A DNA stretch of 64,000 nucleotides from Octopus sinensis (lineage: Eukaryota). Position numbers and translations under genes: made by a program. Within the stretch, counting starts at the first letter, position 1; the number at the start of each line of letters is the position of its first letter. The notes under the pieces are model-generated. The model did not search any database. It had not been told where the DNA came from and saw only the letters and a list, made by a program, of their open reading frames with translations. Of this stretch, positions 52,795 through 64,000 are shown piece by piece. The stretch is from positions 23,746,001 to 23,810,000 of the forward strand of contig NC_043012.1 of NCBI RefSeq assembly GCF_006345805.1. Direction: 5' to 3'.

Positions 52795-54520
52795 TCACTT
52801 GTCCTGCCGGGTCTTCTCGCGCACAGCACACTTCCAGAGGTCTCGGTCTCTAGTCATTTCCTCAGTGAGACCTAAAGTTCGAAGGTCGTGCTTCACCACC
52901 TCGTCCCAGGTTTTCCTGGGTCTGCCTCTTCCACAGGTTCCCTCAACCGCTAGGGTGTGGCACTTTTTCACACAACTATCTTCATCCATTCTCGCCACAT
53001 GACCATACCAGCGCAAACGTCTCTCTTGCACACCACAACTGATGCTTCTTAGGTCCAGCTTTTCTCTCAAGGTACTTACACTCTGCCGAGTGTGAGTACC
53101 GGCATTACACATCCATCGGAGCATACTGGCTTCATTTCTAGCGAGCTTACGCATATCCTCAGCAGTCACGGCCCATGTTTCACTGCCATGTAGCATGGCT
53201 GTTCGTACACACGCATCATACAGTCTGCCTTTCACTCTGTGCGAGAGGCCTTTTGTCACCAGCAGAGGTAAGAGCTCTCTGAACTTTGCCCAAGCTATTC
53301 TTACTCTAGCAGTTACACTTTCAGCACACCCGCCCCCGCTGCTGACTTGGTCACCTAGGTAACGGAAACTATCAACTATTTCTAGTTTTTCTCCCTGGAA
53401 AGTGACGGAAGTTGGTCTCAGAGCATTTTCAGTGTTTATTGTTCCTGAGCATCTGCCACATACAAAAACCATCTTCCTAGTTAGCCTTCCTTTGACATTG
53501 CTGCATCTCTTATGTGTCCATAGCTTACACTTGGTGCATCTTATAGAGTTTCTACCTACACCTTTCTACAGATCGAGCAGGGCCATCTACCTGAAGGTGT
53601 TGTGATTTGTCTACCTTCCTACTGATTACGACTTTGGTTTTAGCTAGATTGACTCTGAGGCCCTTCGATTCTAATCTTGTTTCCACACCTGAAACTTCTC
53701 TCCAGTTCTGATAGCGACTCAGCAATTAGAGCAAGGTCATCAGCATAGAGGAGCTCCCAAGGGCATCCTGTCTTGAATTCCTCCGTTATTGCCTGGAGGA
53801 CTATGATAAATAGGAGGGGGCTGAGTACTGAGCCTTGGTGACCCCTACCTCTACCCGGAATTCTTCACTGTACTCATTTCCAACCCTCACCCTACTAGCG
53901 GCGTCCCTATACATGGCCCGCACAGCTCTCACTAACCATTCATCTATCCTAGTTTTCTCATTGCCCACCAGATAAGGGATCGGGGGACCCTGTCGAAGGC
54001 TTTCTCCATGTCAACAAAAGCCAGGTACAGGGGCTTATCTTTGGCTAGTAGGTATTCTCCTGCAGCTGCCTTACCAGGAATATAGCATCAGTAGTACTTT
54101 TCCCTGGCACAAACCCAAACTGCATCTCATCTAAACTAACTCTCTCTCTAATTAGTTGGGCTATGACCCTCTCCGTAACCTTCATCACCTGGTCCAACAG
54201 CTTGATACCTCTGTAGTTATTTATATCTAGGGCATCACCTTTACTTTGTAGCAGTTGACTATTATACTGCTACACCAGTCATTGGGTATGACCCCTTTGT
54301 GTATCACCTGATTAACTATATGGGTGACTAGGCTATAGCCGACAATACCAGACATTTTGAGCATCTCTGCAGTGATTCCTGATGGGCCTGGGGCTTTCCC
54401 TGTCTTCATGCTTCTAATTGCCTTAGCTACCACAGAACTATCAACTCGGATAGCTGGTCCCTCTGTTGGGTCAACATTCGGCAGACTCTCTTTATCCCAT
54501 TCATTTTCTTCATTCAGCAA
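52795..54520 (-). pseudogene. Reverse transcriptase of the RTE LINE (frameshifted), with embedded PHD-like finger
   Basis: KAPGPSGI, EKAFDRVP, HQGSVLSPLLF, LLYADDLALIAE, FRYLG, RLRWYGHV, GRGRPRKTW motifs. Confidence 0.93.
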
Positions 54521-54963
54521 CCTTTCATAGTGGCATCTCCAAACCTCTCTCTTGCATCCTCATTTAGCGCAAGTGAACCATCTTCCATGCGAACACACTT
54601 CTCTCCTACCACATCACGATTCTCTCTCACACACTGTCTGCAACACGAAACACCTCCAGTCTTTGGTCCTCACGCGCAGAACATTGGCAATTTTTTCTTA
54701 TCTGCTTCCCCTCTGGCTAAATAAACTGTCTCCTAGCTTCTCTTTTGGCAGTCTGATACAATTCCCTGCTACCCCCATTTTTCCAGACCTTCCAAGCCTG
54801 TCTCTTTTCTCTAATAGCCCTGTCTACAATATTGTTCCACCACCACGTTATTCTAGGTCGAGAGGGGACTTTGCACCAGCCACAGATCTGGTCAGTGGCT
54901 CTCAGCAGGTTGTCCCTTAGAAACGTCCAGCTGTCTTCTACCCCCTGTGATGCTCTATCCCCT

Positions 54964-55800
54964 CTACTTCGTCAGAGGCTTCAAGTAATATGTCCCTAAA
55001 TCTCTGTCCATTTGCAGGATCTTTAAGCTTCCAGATCCTTCTTCTCCATATTTGTCGTCTTCTGGTTGTCCTCCTAGTCCTGATCTAAAGTCACTAACTA
55101 CCAGTCTATGTTGTGGGGTACATTCTTCACCTGGGAAGGTTTTGCATTTATAAGCAGCCATCTCCCTTTGCCTTGTAAGGATGTAGTCAATTTGGCTGGT
55201 ATGTTGGCCCGATTGGTAAGTGACTAGGTGGCTGGTAGGTTTCCTGAAGTTAGTGTTGCAAATCATAAGATTATTTGCATCGCAGAACTCCAGCAGCCTG
55301 GTTCCCTCCTCGTTGCGGGAGCCATAGCCATAGCCATAGCCTCCATGTACGCCATGGAAGCCCCCAGCATGTCGTCCAACGTGACCATTGAAGTCACCAG
55401 CCACAAAGATAAGGTCTCTGTCGTTCGTCAATGAGGTAGTCTGCAGTAGAGTGTCATAGAATCGGTCTTTCTGTCCATCGGGTAGCCCCGACTGAGGAGC
55501 ATAGGCTGATATAATGGTTGCTAAACTATGATGAAGCACTAATCTAATCTTAAGTATTCTGCCACTTACTCTGATTACCTCAATTACTTTATCTACCCAT
55601 TTCTCAGCGATAAGTATACCCACGCCACCAACCCCGTCAGTGTTCCCTGCCCAGAAAATCTTGTACCTGCGTTCCTGCCTGTGAGGAACCTAGCTGATCC
55701 TCCTCTCCACCTTATTTCTTGCATGCACATATATCCACACATCTCCGTTCAAGCATCTCGACTATCTCACCAGACCTACCTTTCAGAGTGCCAACGTTGA
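54964..55800 (-). pseudogene. APE endonuclease domain of the RTE LINE (frameshifted)
   Basis: LNVGTLKGRSGEIVEMLERRCVD..QEIRW..GVGILIAEKWVDKV..ISAYAPQSG..AGDFNGHVG..RNEEGTRLLEFC..SQIDYIL..QHRLVVSD. Confidence 0.92.
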
Positions 55801-56124
55801 GGGGCCAACCCTGAGGGTGTGGAAGGCATGGGCTCTAGAGACCCTGGGACGGTGGACAGTAGCTTCGTGTACCTGAAAGAAGCTCGCATTTGGCAGAATT
55901 CATGTGCAAGAAATGAAGTAGTAAAGTAGCCTTCAGTACAACTGCATAACGCTAGCCTTTCATATTTTGCACTGTATGAACATTACCTTACATAGTCGAG
56001 ACTAGGGGTAGGGAGGGGTAGGGATGGTGAGAGCATTTGCAGTCTTCATGGGAAGCAACCCCGGAATGGAAGAGAATAGGAACTTCCTGCATGCGTGCGG
56101 TGGGTGGGGGTGGGAGGGCGGGTG

Positions 56125-57616
56125 CACCGTAGCTGAGTAAAGAGGTTATTGAGTATCGTGAGCTAGCAAATGGGTTTGTATGAATCGGGAGACAATACTA
56201 AACGAAAAATTGAAAAATTGAAAAATCAGAGTGGCTATGACTGGAGAGACAAGTCTAAACGAAAAAAAAATGTTTGAGCTAGACAGGGTAATGAGGGAAT
56301 AGGAAAGAATGAGGGACAATACAATGAGATGGAAATTGAAGAATAGAGAAAGAATAAGGATAAGTGCAAGAAAGAAGGTAGTCGTAGCGAGGTTGGACGA
56401 TTCACTTAACTTTTAGCCATTCATGATCTGTGCGTATTCTTTAGATATTTTGAAGCGAGTGGTGGGTTAACGATAAATGCGATCGCTCTTTTATGTATGG
56501 CGATGATGGTTTTGGGGAGGGGGGGCATAGAGGACCATGGCGGATGATGGTTATGGGAAGGGGGGACATAGCGAGAGAGAGATAGGGTTAGTTAGAGAGA
56601 GAGGTCAAGGGACACGTGACAATAAGCGGTGTGAGGGAATTTGACTGGGGACGGCATGTCGATAAATAAACATTAGATAAATAGGTTTGAAAATCAGAAA
56701 AATCAGAGGGAATATCATTATTGATAGCTAATATAACACCGTAGCTGAGTAAAGAGGTTCTGTTAATCGTGAGCAAGCAAATGGGTTTGTATGAATCGGG
56801 AGACAATACTAAACGAAAAATTGAAAAATTGAAAAATCAGAGTGGCTATGAACCTGGAGACAAGTCTAAACGAAAAAAAAAATGTTTGAGCTAGACAGGG
56901 TAATGAGGGAATACTGAAAGAATGAGGGACAATACAATGAGATGGAAATTGAAGAATAGAGAAAGAATAAGGATAAGTGCAAGAAAGAAGGTAGTCGTAG
57001 CGAGGTTGGACGATTCACTTAACTTTTAGCCATTCATGATCTGTGCGTATTCTTTAGATATTTTGAAGCGAGTGGGGTTAACGATAAATGCGATCGCTCT
57101 TTTATGTATGGCGATGATGGTTTTGGGGAGGGGGGGCATAGAGGACCATGGCGATGATGGTTATGGGAAGGGGGGACATAGCGAGAGAGAGATAGGGTTA
57201 GTTAGAGGAGAGGTCAAGGGACACGTGACAATAAGCGGTGTGAGGGAATTTGACTGGGGACGGCATTGTCGATAAATAAACATTAGATAAATAGGTTTGA
57301 AAATCAGGAAAAATCAGACGGAATATCATTATTGATAGCTAATATAACACCGTAGCTGAGTAAAGAGGTTCTGTTAATCGTGAGCTAGCAAATGGGTTTG
57401 TATGAATGGGAGACAATACTAAACGAAAAATTGAAAAATTGAAAAATCAGAGTGGCTATGAACTGGAGACAAGTCTAAACGAAAAAAAAATGTTTGAGCT
57501 AGACAGGGTATGAGGGACTACTGCTGAAGAATGAGGGACAATACAATGAGATGAAATTGGAAGAATAGAGAAAGAATAAGGATAAGTGCAAGAAAGAAGG
57601 TAGTAGCGAGCGAGGT
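56125..57616. repeat. Tandem array of ~612-bp monomers (2 full + ~0.44) abutting the LINE 5' end
   Basis: caccgtagctgagtaaagaggtt starts at 56125, 56737 and 57348; copies nearly identical apart from small indels. Confidence 0.95.
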
Positions 57617-57785
57617 ATATATATATATATATATATATATATTAATACATATATATATATACTAATATATATACACACATATATATATACACATATATAT
57701 ATACATATATATATATATACATATATATATACTATATATATACATATATCTAATAGTTATATATATATACATTATATAGATATAC

Positions 57786-57816
<31 letters not shown>

Positions 57817-58027
57817 CATATATAATATACATATATATATATAGTACATATATATATATACATTATATATATACATAGTAATATATAATACATATATATA
57901 TATACATATATATATATACATATATATTATATACATATATATATATACAATATATATATACATTATTATATATATAATACATATATATATATATATATAC
58001 ATATATATATTATACATATATATATAT

Positions 58028-58064
<37 letters not shown>

Positions 58065-58230
58065 TATATATATACATACATATATTAACATATATATTAT
58101 ATTATACATAGATAATATTATATACACATATACATATATATATACAATATATATAAAACATATATATATATATTACATATATATATACATATATATATAT
58201 ATACATATATTATATATATATATATATATG
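57617..58230. repeat. (TA)n-rich microsatellite; counterpart at ~51960-52197 on the other side of the LINE block
   Basis: Directly visible. Confidence 0.95.
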
Positions 58231-59027
58231 TATGTAATATCACCCTTATGTATGTGTGTGTGTGTGTTTTCAATAAAAAGGAAAAGTGGGTTGATGAATG
58301 TCTTAATTAATTTTTCCTAGAGGATAGCAATCTAAGGGGAAAGCAGACATTTGAATTAATAACAACTGACGGATAACATGATATTAGAAAGCTAGCAGTA
58401 AGATTACATTGAAAATATTAATTAAAAGTAGAAATACTCAAACAACTATAAACATTTGACAATATCTGCAGTAATCTACCATGAAATAAAAGGACATCGG
58501 AGGAGAAGCAAAGAATATATTATACATATATGGAAGCAGAGAGAAAAGTACATGACTTCACATAAAAAACAAAAAAAATAAAATTACAAACAAAATACTT
58601 AACATGTTTAATTAAAGTAATTTTACCAGCTCTTTTTCTTCTTTTTTTTCTCTCTTTGTCTGTTCCTGTCATAACCCATGCACACACACACACATCAGTA
58701 TTAAATGCACTCAAATATTATATAATAAGGAGTTGAGCGTATATAAACACAAACAGACATACAGATGCATGTTTTATACACATGCATGTCTAAGATTATT
58801 ACATCATCATCATCATCATTGAATGACTGTTTTCCATGCTGGTTTTCCATGTTGGGCAGTTTGAGAAGAGTGGGCCAGGCTGAAGACTGCACCAGTCTGT
58901 TTTAGTATAGGTTTTACGGATGGATGCTGTTCCTAACACCAACCACTCAGCAGAGTGGACTGAGTGCTTTCTACACCACCAAAACCTTCTTTTGAAGAGT
59001 TTAGGGAAGGTTTTTGGCACTTAATTT

Positions 59028-59700
59028 TGGTCCGACCACTGCGAAGAAAGTTTTTTTTTTTTTATTATTGTGCAGAATCCACTTCTCATCACAAGTTACA
59101 ATATGGTCGAAAAATGGATCGGTCTGGTTACAGAGAAGTGACAAGCAAATTTCATTCAAATCGTGTGGTACCTATTTGTCAAGCCACTTTTGATTTTCCG
59201 ATCGCATGCAAATTGTTGCAGGCAGTTTTCTGGCTAACTTGAAGTTCTTTCGCCAGTTCTCAAGCGGTCTTACATGGATCTTTCTCAATGATGGTATTTA
59301 ATTAACCATCATAAATGACAGATGGGCGTCCACTATGCGCACAGCCTTCGAGGTTCAGGTCTCCGCTGCAAAATCGTTTAAACCATTTTTGAGCTGACCA
59401 CTACCTGGTCATTCCTCACCAAATGCTTTGTTGATATTGTGAGCAGTTTCAGCTGCTTTACGCCCTTTTTTGAAGTTGAATAGCAAAATTGCTCGAACAT
59501 CACACTTTGACAATTCCATTTCAGATGATTGTAACAAAATTTTTTAAAATTATCAATGTTAATTTATTGATGCATTTGGGCAAGTCTATGTCTATATTAT
59601 CAGATAATTGCAAAAAAATGTTTAAAAATAATTCAAAACTCTGTAAAAATCCAGTACAAATTCTTCATAGTTCAAAATATTGCTTCCTCTTTAATCAACT
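59028..59700 (-). mobile_element. mariner transposon relic (N-terminal half of transposase plus left end)
   Basis: From ATG 59519: MELSKCDVRAILLFNFKKGRKAAETAHNINKAFGEE..WFKRFCSGDLNLEGCAHSGRPS..ELAKELQVS..LDK*VPHDLNE..IVTCDEKWILHNN..QWSDQ. Confidence 0.9.
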
Positions 59701-59726
59701 TGATATATATGTATGTCTGTATATAT

Positions 59727-59956
59727 ATTTCTCTATTACCCACAAGGGGCTAAACATAGAGGGGACAAACAAGGATAGACAAACGGATTAAGCCGATTAC
59801 ATCGACCCCAGTGCGAAACTGGTACTTTATTTATCGACCCCGAAAGGATGAATGGCAAAGTCGACCTCGGCGGAATTTGAACTCAGAACGTAACGACAGA
59901 CGAAATACCACAAAGCATTTCGCCCGGCGTGCTAACGTTTCTGCCAGCTCGCCGCC
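59727..59956 (-). mobile_element. SINE family B, near-intact
   Basis: Minus head ggcggcgagctggcagaaacgttagcacgccgggcgaaatgc..ttctgagttcaaattccgccgagg. Confidence 0.92.
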
Positions 59957-60040
59957 TATTTATGTCTGTATATATACACATGTATATATCTGTGTGTATA
60001 TATCTGTATGTATATGTGCATATATATGTGTGTGTGTGTG

Positions 60041-60082
<42 letters not shown>

Positions 60083-60438
60083 ATTATATATAATTAGTAG
60101 TAACAGAAGCAGTACTAATATCAAGAGGTAATATTTATCTCCCACTTGAAACAGATGTTGTGTTACAACACAGAATACTGTGTAATTTACCAGGGGAGGA
60201 CCTCATATAGCCTTGTGAGTGTTTATATTGTTGGCACATGATATTAACATGAGTACTTTTATGCTGTTTCTTCTATATTCCGTTTTCTGCCTCTACCATT
60301 TGTAATATTCTCAACATACGCTGAGGAATTCCTGAGACAGATCCAGCGACAATTGTGCAAATACTGTGGATTATGCCAGGTAGCCATAGACAGTGAACGT
60401 CCTCCACTGGCTAACTACTAGGAACATACTCAACACAA

Positions 60439-60490
<52 letters not shown>

Positions 60491-60550
60491 CAAACTCTGC
60501 GTCTAGTTTCAATATTCTGATTTTCTCATTGGTTATGCTTAAGTAACATA

Positions 60551-61179
60551 CTCTCTTTACTCTTTTACTTGTTCCAGTCATTTGACTGTGGCCATGCTGG
60601 AGCACCACCTTTTTAGTCAAGCAAATCGACCCCAGGACCTATTCTTTGTGAGTCGAGTACTTATTCTATCGGTCTCTTTCGCTGAACCGCTAAGTTACGG
60701 GGATGTAAACACACCAGCATTGGTTGTCAAGCGATGTTGGGGGGACAAACACAGACACACAAACATATACACATACATATATATATTATTCATAATAAAG
60801 GGTTAATTGCAACAAGTTGCTCAAAACCACATACCGAAAATATTAGAAATGGCAGCCAAATAGGTCACCATTTCTCCTACTAGTAAAAAAGTCTCCATAA
60901 ACAAACAGAATTTGCAATCCGTATATGGTAAAGAGAAAGAAAATAACGAAATCCCAGCCTATTTGGATATTTCACCCTTTTTTGTATATCATACATACAT
61001 ATATATACATATATACCACGGGCTTCTTTCAGTTTCCGTCTACCAAATCCACTCACAAGGCTTTGGTCGGCCCGAGGGTATACTAGAAGACACTTGCCCA
61101 AGGTGCCACACAGTGGGACTGAACCCGGAACCATGTGGTTCGTAAGCAAGCTACTTACCACACAGCCACTCCTATGCCT
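60551..61179 (-). mobile_element. SINE family A with a ~185-bp insert (60797-60980) in its central microsatellite
   Basis: Both halves match 18309-18722; insert unrelated. Confidence 0.88.
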
Positions 61180-61848
61180 TGCTAATATATAATATATATA
61201 TATATCTATTTAGACAAAAAAAAAATGAAACTTAATAAGAGTGATACCTATACACACACACCAGCTTATGAAGACTATGGTACACAACTTCATTGGAATT
61301 AAAGTAAAAGTTTTGTTTGTTTGACATCATACTACACACATATTTACCAACACATACACACACACACAATATATATATATATATCCACAAGTAAATTAGC
61401 TGTTTACTGAAAAACCTCTTGATCCTAATTATAGAGACCTAACTTGAACTAAAAGAATGGAAATCTATCTGCAGAAAGATAAGGAACTTTCTTCTAGTGT
61501 GTCAGAATGTATTCTTCTGATGGAGTTTGATGTATCATTCTTCATAATTACTCTTTGCCGTTTCTTAAGAGATCAACATTACAGCTGTCAAATGTATTCT
61601 TCAGATCAACACATCCAGACTCTGACTGTTTTTGTAGAGTTTTTAGAAACAACATCGTCTCATAACACCCCCTACCGCACTCCTCATTTTCTCTATATAC
61701 CGACCCACACAGCTCCACCAAATTCACACACACACACACACAAAAAAACAAACTCAAACTGAATAAAGAAGTAAATCCATTGCACATAGATGCACAAACA
61801 TAAATAAAAGAACAATGACAAGAATAGTTACAATGATGCTGATGCTAT

Positions 61849-61879
<31 letters not shown>

Positions 61880-63080
61880 GCTAATAATAATAACAACAAC
61901 AATAATAATAATCCCTTATTGGCCACAAGGGCACAAAAATGATGATGATGATGATGATGATGTCAATAATGCCGATGATGATGATGGTGATGATGGTAAT
62001 GACAACCACAACTCATTATTGATCCAATTCTTTGATAATTCCCATTTTCATTGAAAATGTAAAAACCTTTGACAAATGCATTTCTTTCCTTTCATTTAGA
62101 CTTTTACCACATTTATATATTTTTTTATTTAAAAGTATCTTCAACATATATCTATATCTATATGTATATATATATATATTTCTATATATACATCTGTATG
62201 CACACACACACAGATATATATATATACTTATATATACTTATATATATATAAACAGATATATATATACACACATTTATATATGTATATATATATATATTCT
62301 ATATATACATCTGTATGCACACACACACAGATATATATATATACTTATATATACTTATATATATATAAACAGATATATATATATACACACATTTATATAT
62401 GTATATATATATATATACTTATATATTACTTATGTATATACATATATGTACACAATTGTTTTAAGCTACTTTCTTTGTATGGATTTTTGTTTTGTTGTTT
62501 GTTGTTTTACACTGTTTGCTTTTATTTTTTTGTCTATTGTATTTCTTATTATTATTATTATTTTTTTTTTTTTGGTGTGTCTTTATTCTCCTGCCCCAAA
62601 TTTTTACCTCATCTAAATCTTTTTCCTGCTAGATCAATCGTCAAAGAAAATTGATTACATTTCAAACGAAAATGCCATTTCATGCTGCTACCATTTTTAT
62701 TGTTCTTGATGTTGCTTTCGTTTGTATTGTTTCATTCTTTCACAATCTTGTATAGTGTGTAGGTATGTGTGTATATATCTATATCTATCTCTCTCTATAC
62801 ACACACATATACACACACATACATACATAAGTAGTTACATTTTACTATTTCTATTATTAACATGATTATTTACACTTTATATAACTTTCTTTCCAACACT
62901 GCCCTTCACCCTTTATTGAAGATGGAGAGGGATAGAAGGGATACACTCCCATGGTTGAGGGGTTGGGCATGAAAAAGTTTTGGAAAACATAATAAAACAA
63001 AAACAAAATTATAAAACATTGTAAAAATATAATAAAAATTGAAAAAGGATTTTTTCAAAAATAAAAGAAAGCAAAACTTC

Positions 63081-63113
<33 letters not shown>

Positions 63114-63558
63114 AACACAAATATATATATGAAATAGATATATAAAGAAAAATAATAATGATAATAATAAATATCAATTTAAGAAATACGGAAAAGAACA
63201 AGAGAAGAACCAACAGAAAGGAAAAAAAGAAGACACTGGCAAGAGAGATGGAATTGTATAAGAAATAATGATTTTTTTCCCTCCTCCCCACAAAAATAAA
63301 TAAATAGAGTGAGTTGCAAAAACTATGGAAAAAGAAGAAAAAATACAGAGGAAATAATAATAAAAATAAATGGACAGGCAAGGGAAGAATTTATAAATAA
63401 ATAAATAATTGAAAAAAAATTTTTTTTTTCTTCTTCCCTCTCAGCACCACCCAAAGAGCTTGATTGAAGGGAACGGGGGGGGGGGGGCAAGATGGAACAG
63501 GGTAGAGATAGTTAGAACGATATATATATATATATATATATATGTTTGTGTGTGGGTG

Positions 63559-63596
<38 letters not shown>

Positions 63597-64000
63597 CATG
63601 TGTGTGTTTATAAATATATCACTGCTAATGTTTATGACTTATTTAGTACTCACCACGGTGTGCCTTCAATGAAGTCTAAGCTTTGTGAAGGTAAAAACTA
63701 CGCAACAATGTATAAAACGTAACAAGACAAAGGAGAACATGTTTTGAAATTTGTGATAGAAAATTAAAAACGTTAAATAATACAAAAATAACTGAAAGTT
63801 ACAATAATAATAATAATAATAATAAGATAATAACAACAGATTAAATATAGACAAGAACATCACATAACATATAAGCAGACATGAATGAATTATATCCTTG
63901 AAAAACCACACACACACACACACACCATGTACATAAATCATTATATATATATATATATATATATATGCACATATATATATATATATATATGCACATATAT

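Larger units (their letters stand above)
52198..56124 (-). mobile_element. Near-full-length young RTE-clade LINE (APE endonuclease + reverse transcriptase, 3' UTR, (GAT)n tail)
   Basis: Colinear EN and RT motifs broken mostly by 1-bp indels; 3' end ..gcatggaaaacggacgctaaatgatgatgatgat. Confidence 0.95.

Noticed and set aside
60240-60410. Minus-strand NITNGRGRKRNI resembling a Tc1 GRPR linker
   Set aside because: Too short and degenerate to call

Overview
AT-rich, microsatellite-saturated animal genomic DNA, most likely octopus. This is inferred from the tRNA-derived SINE families and repeat landscape and is not proven. There is no long host ORF, and nearly all entries in the ORF track are translations of (TA)n/(CA)n/(TAA)n microsatellites. 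The window looks like the intron-rich interior or 3' part of a large minus-strand gene with a few short candidate exons (best 28863-28934, then 24711-24740 and a terminal exon starting at 10939). It is filled with dozens of SINE copies, R4/Dong-like RLE retrotransposon 3' ends in (TAA)n arrays, RTE fragments, Tc1/mariner relics and 221-bp TTAA piggyBac-type MITEs. It also holds a Penelope-like element whose terminal repeat has a tRNA-like Pol III head followed by a hammerhead-ribozyme core, and a young near-full-length RTE LINE (52198-56124, minus). The most striking structure is about 2.4 tandem ~612-bp monomers fused to the 5' end of that LINE, with the whole block sitting inside one TA microsatellite, plus a possible 119-nt intron that would supply the LINE start codon. 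SINE and relic boundaries are approximate, and only representative SINE and microsatellite copies are listed.
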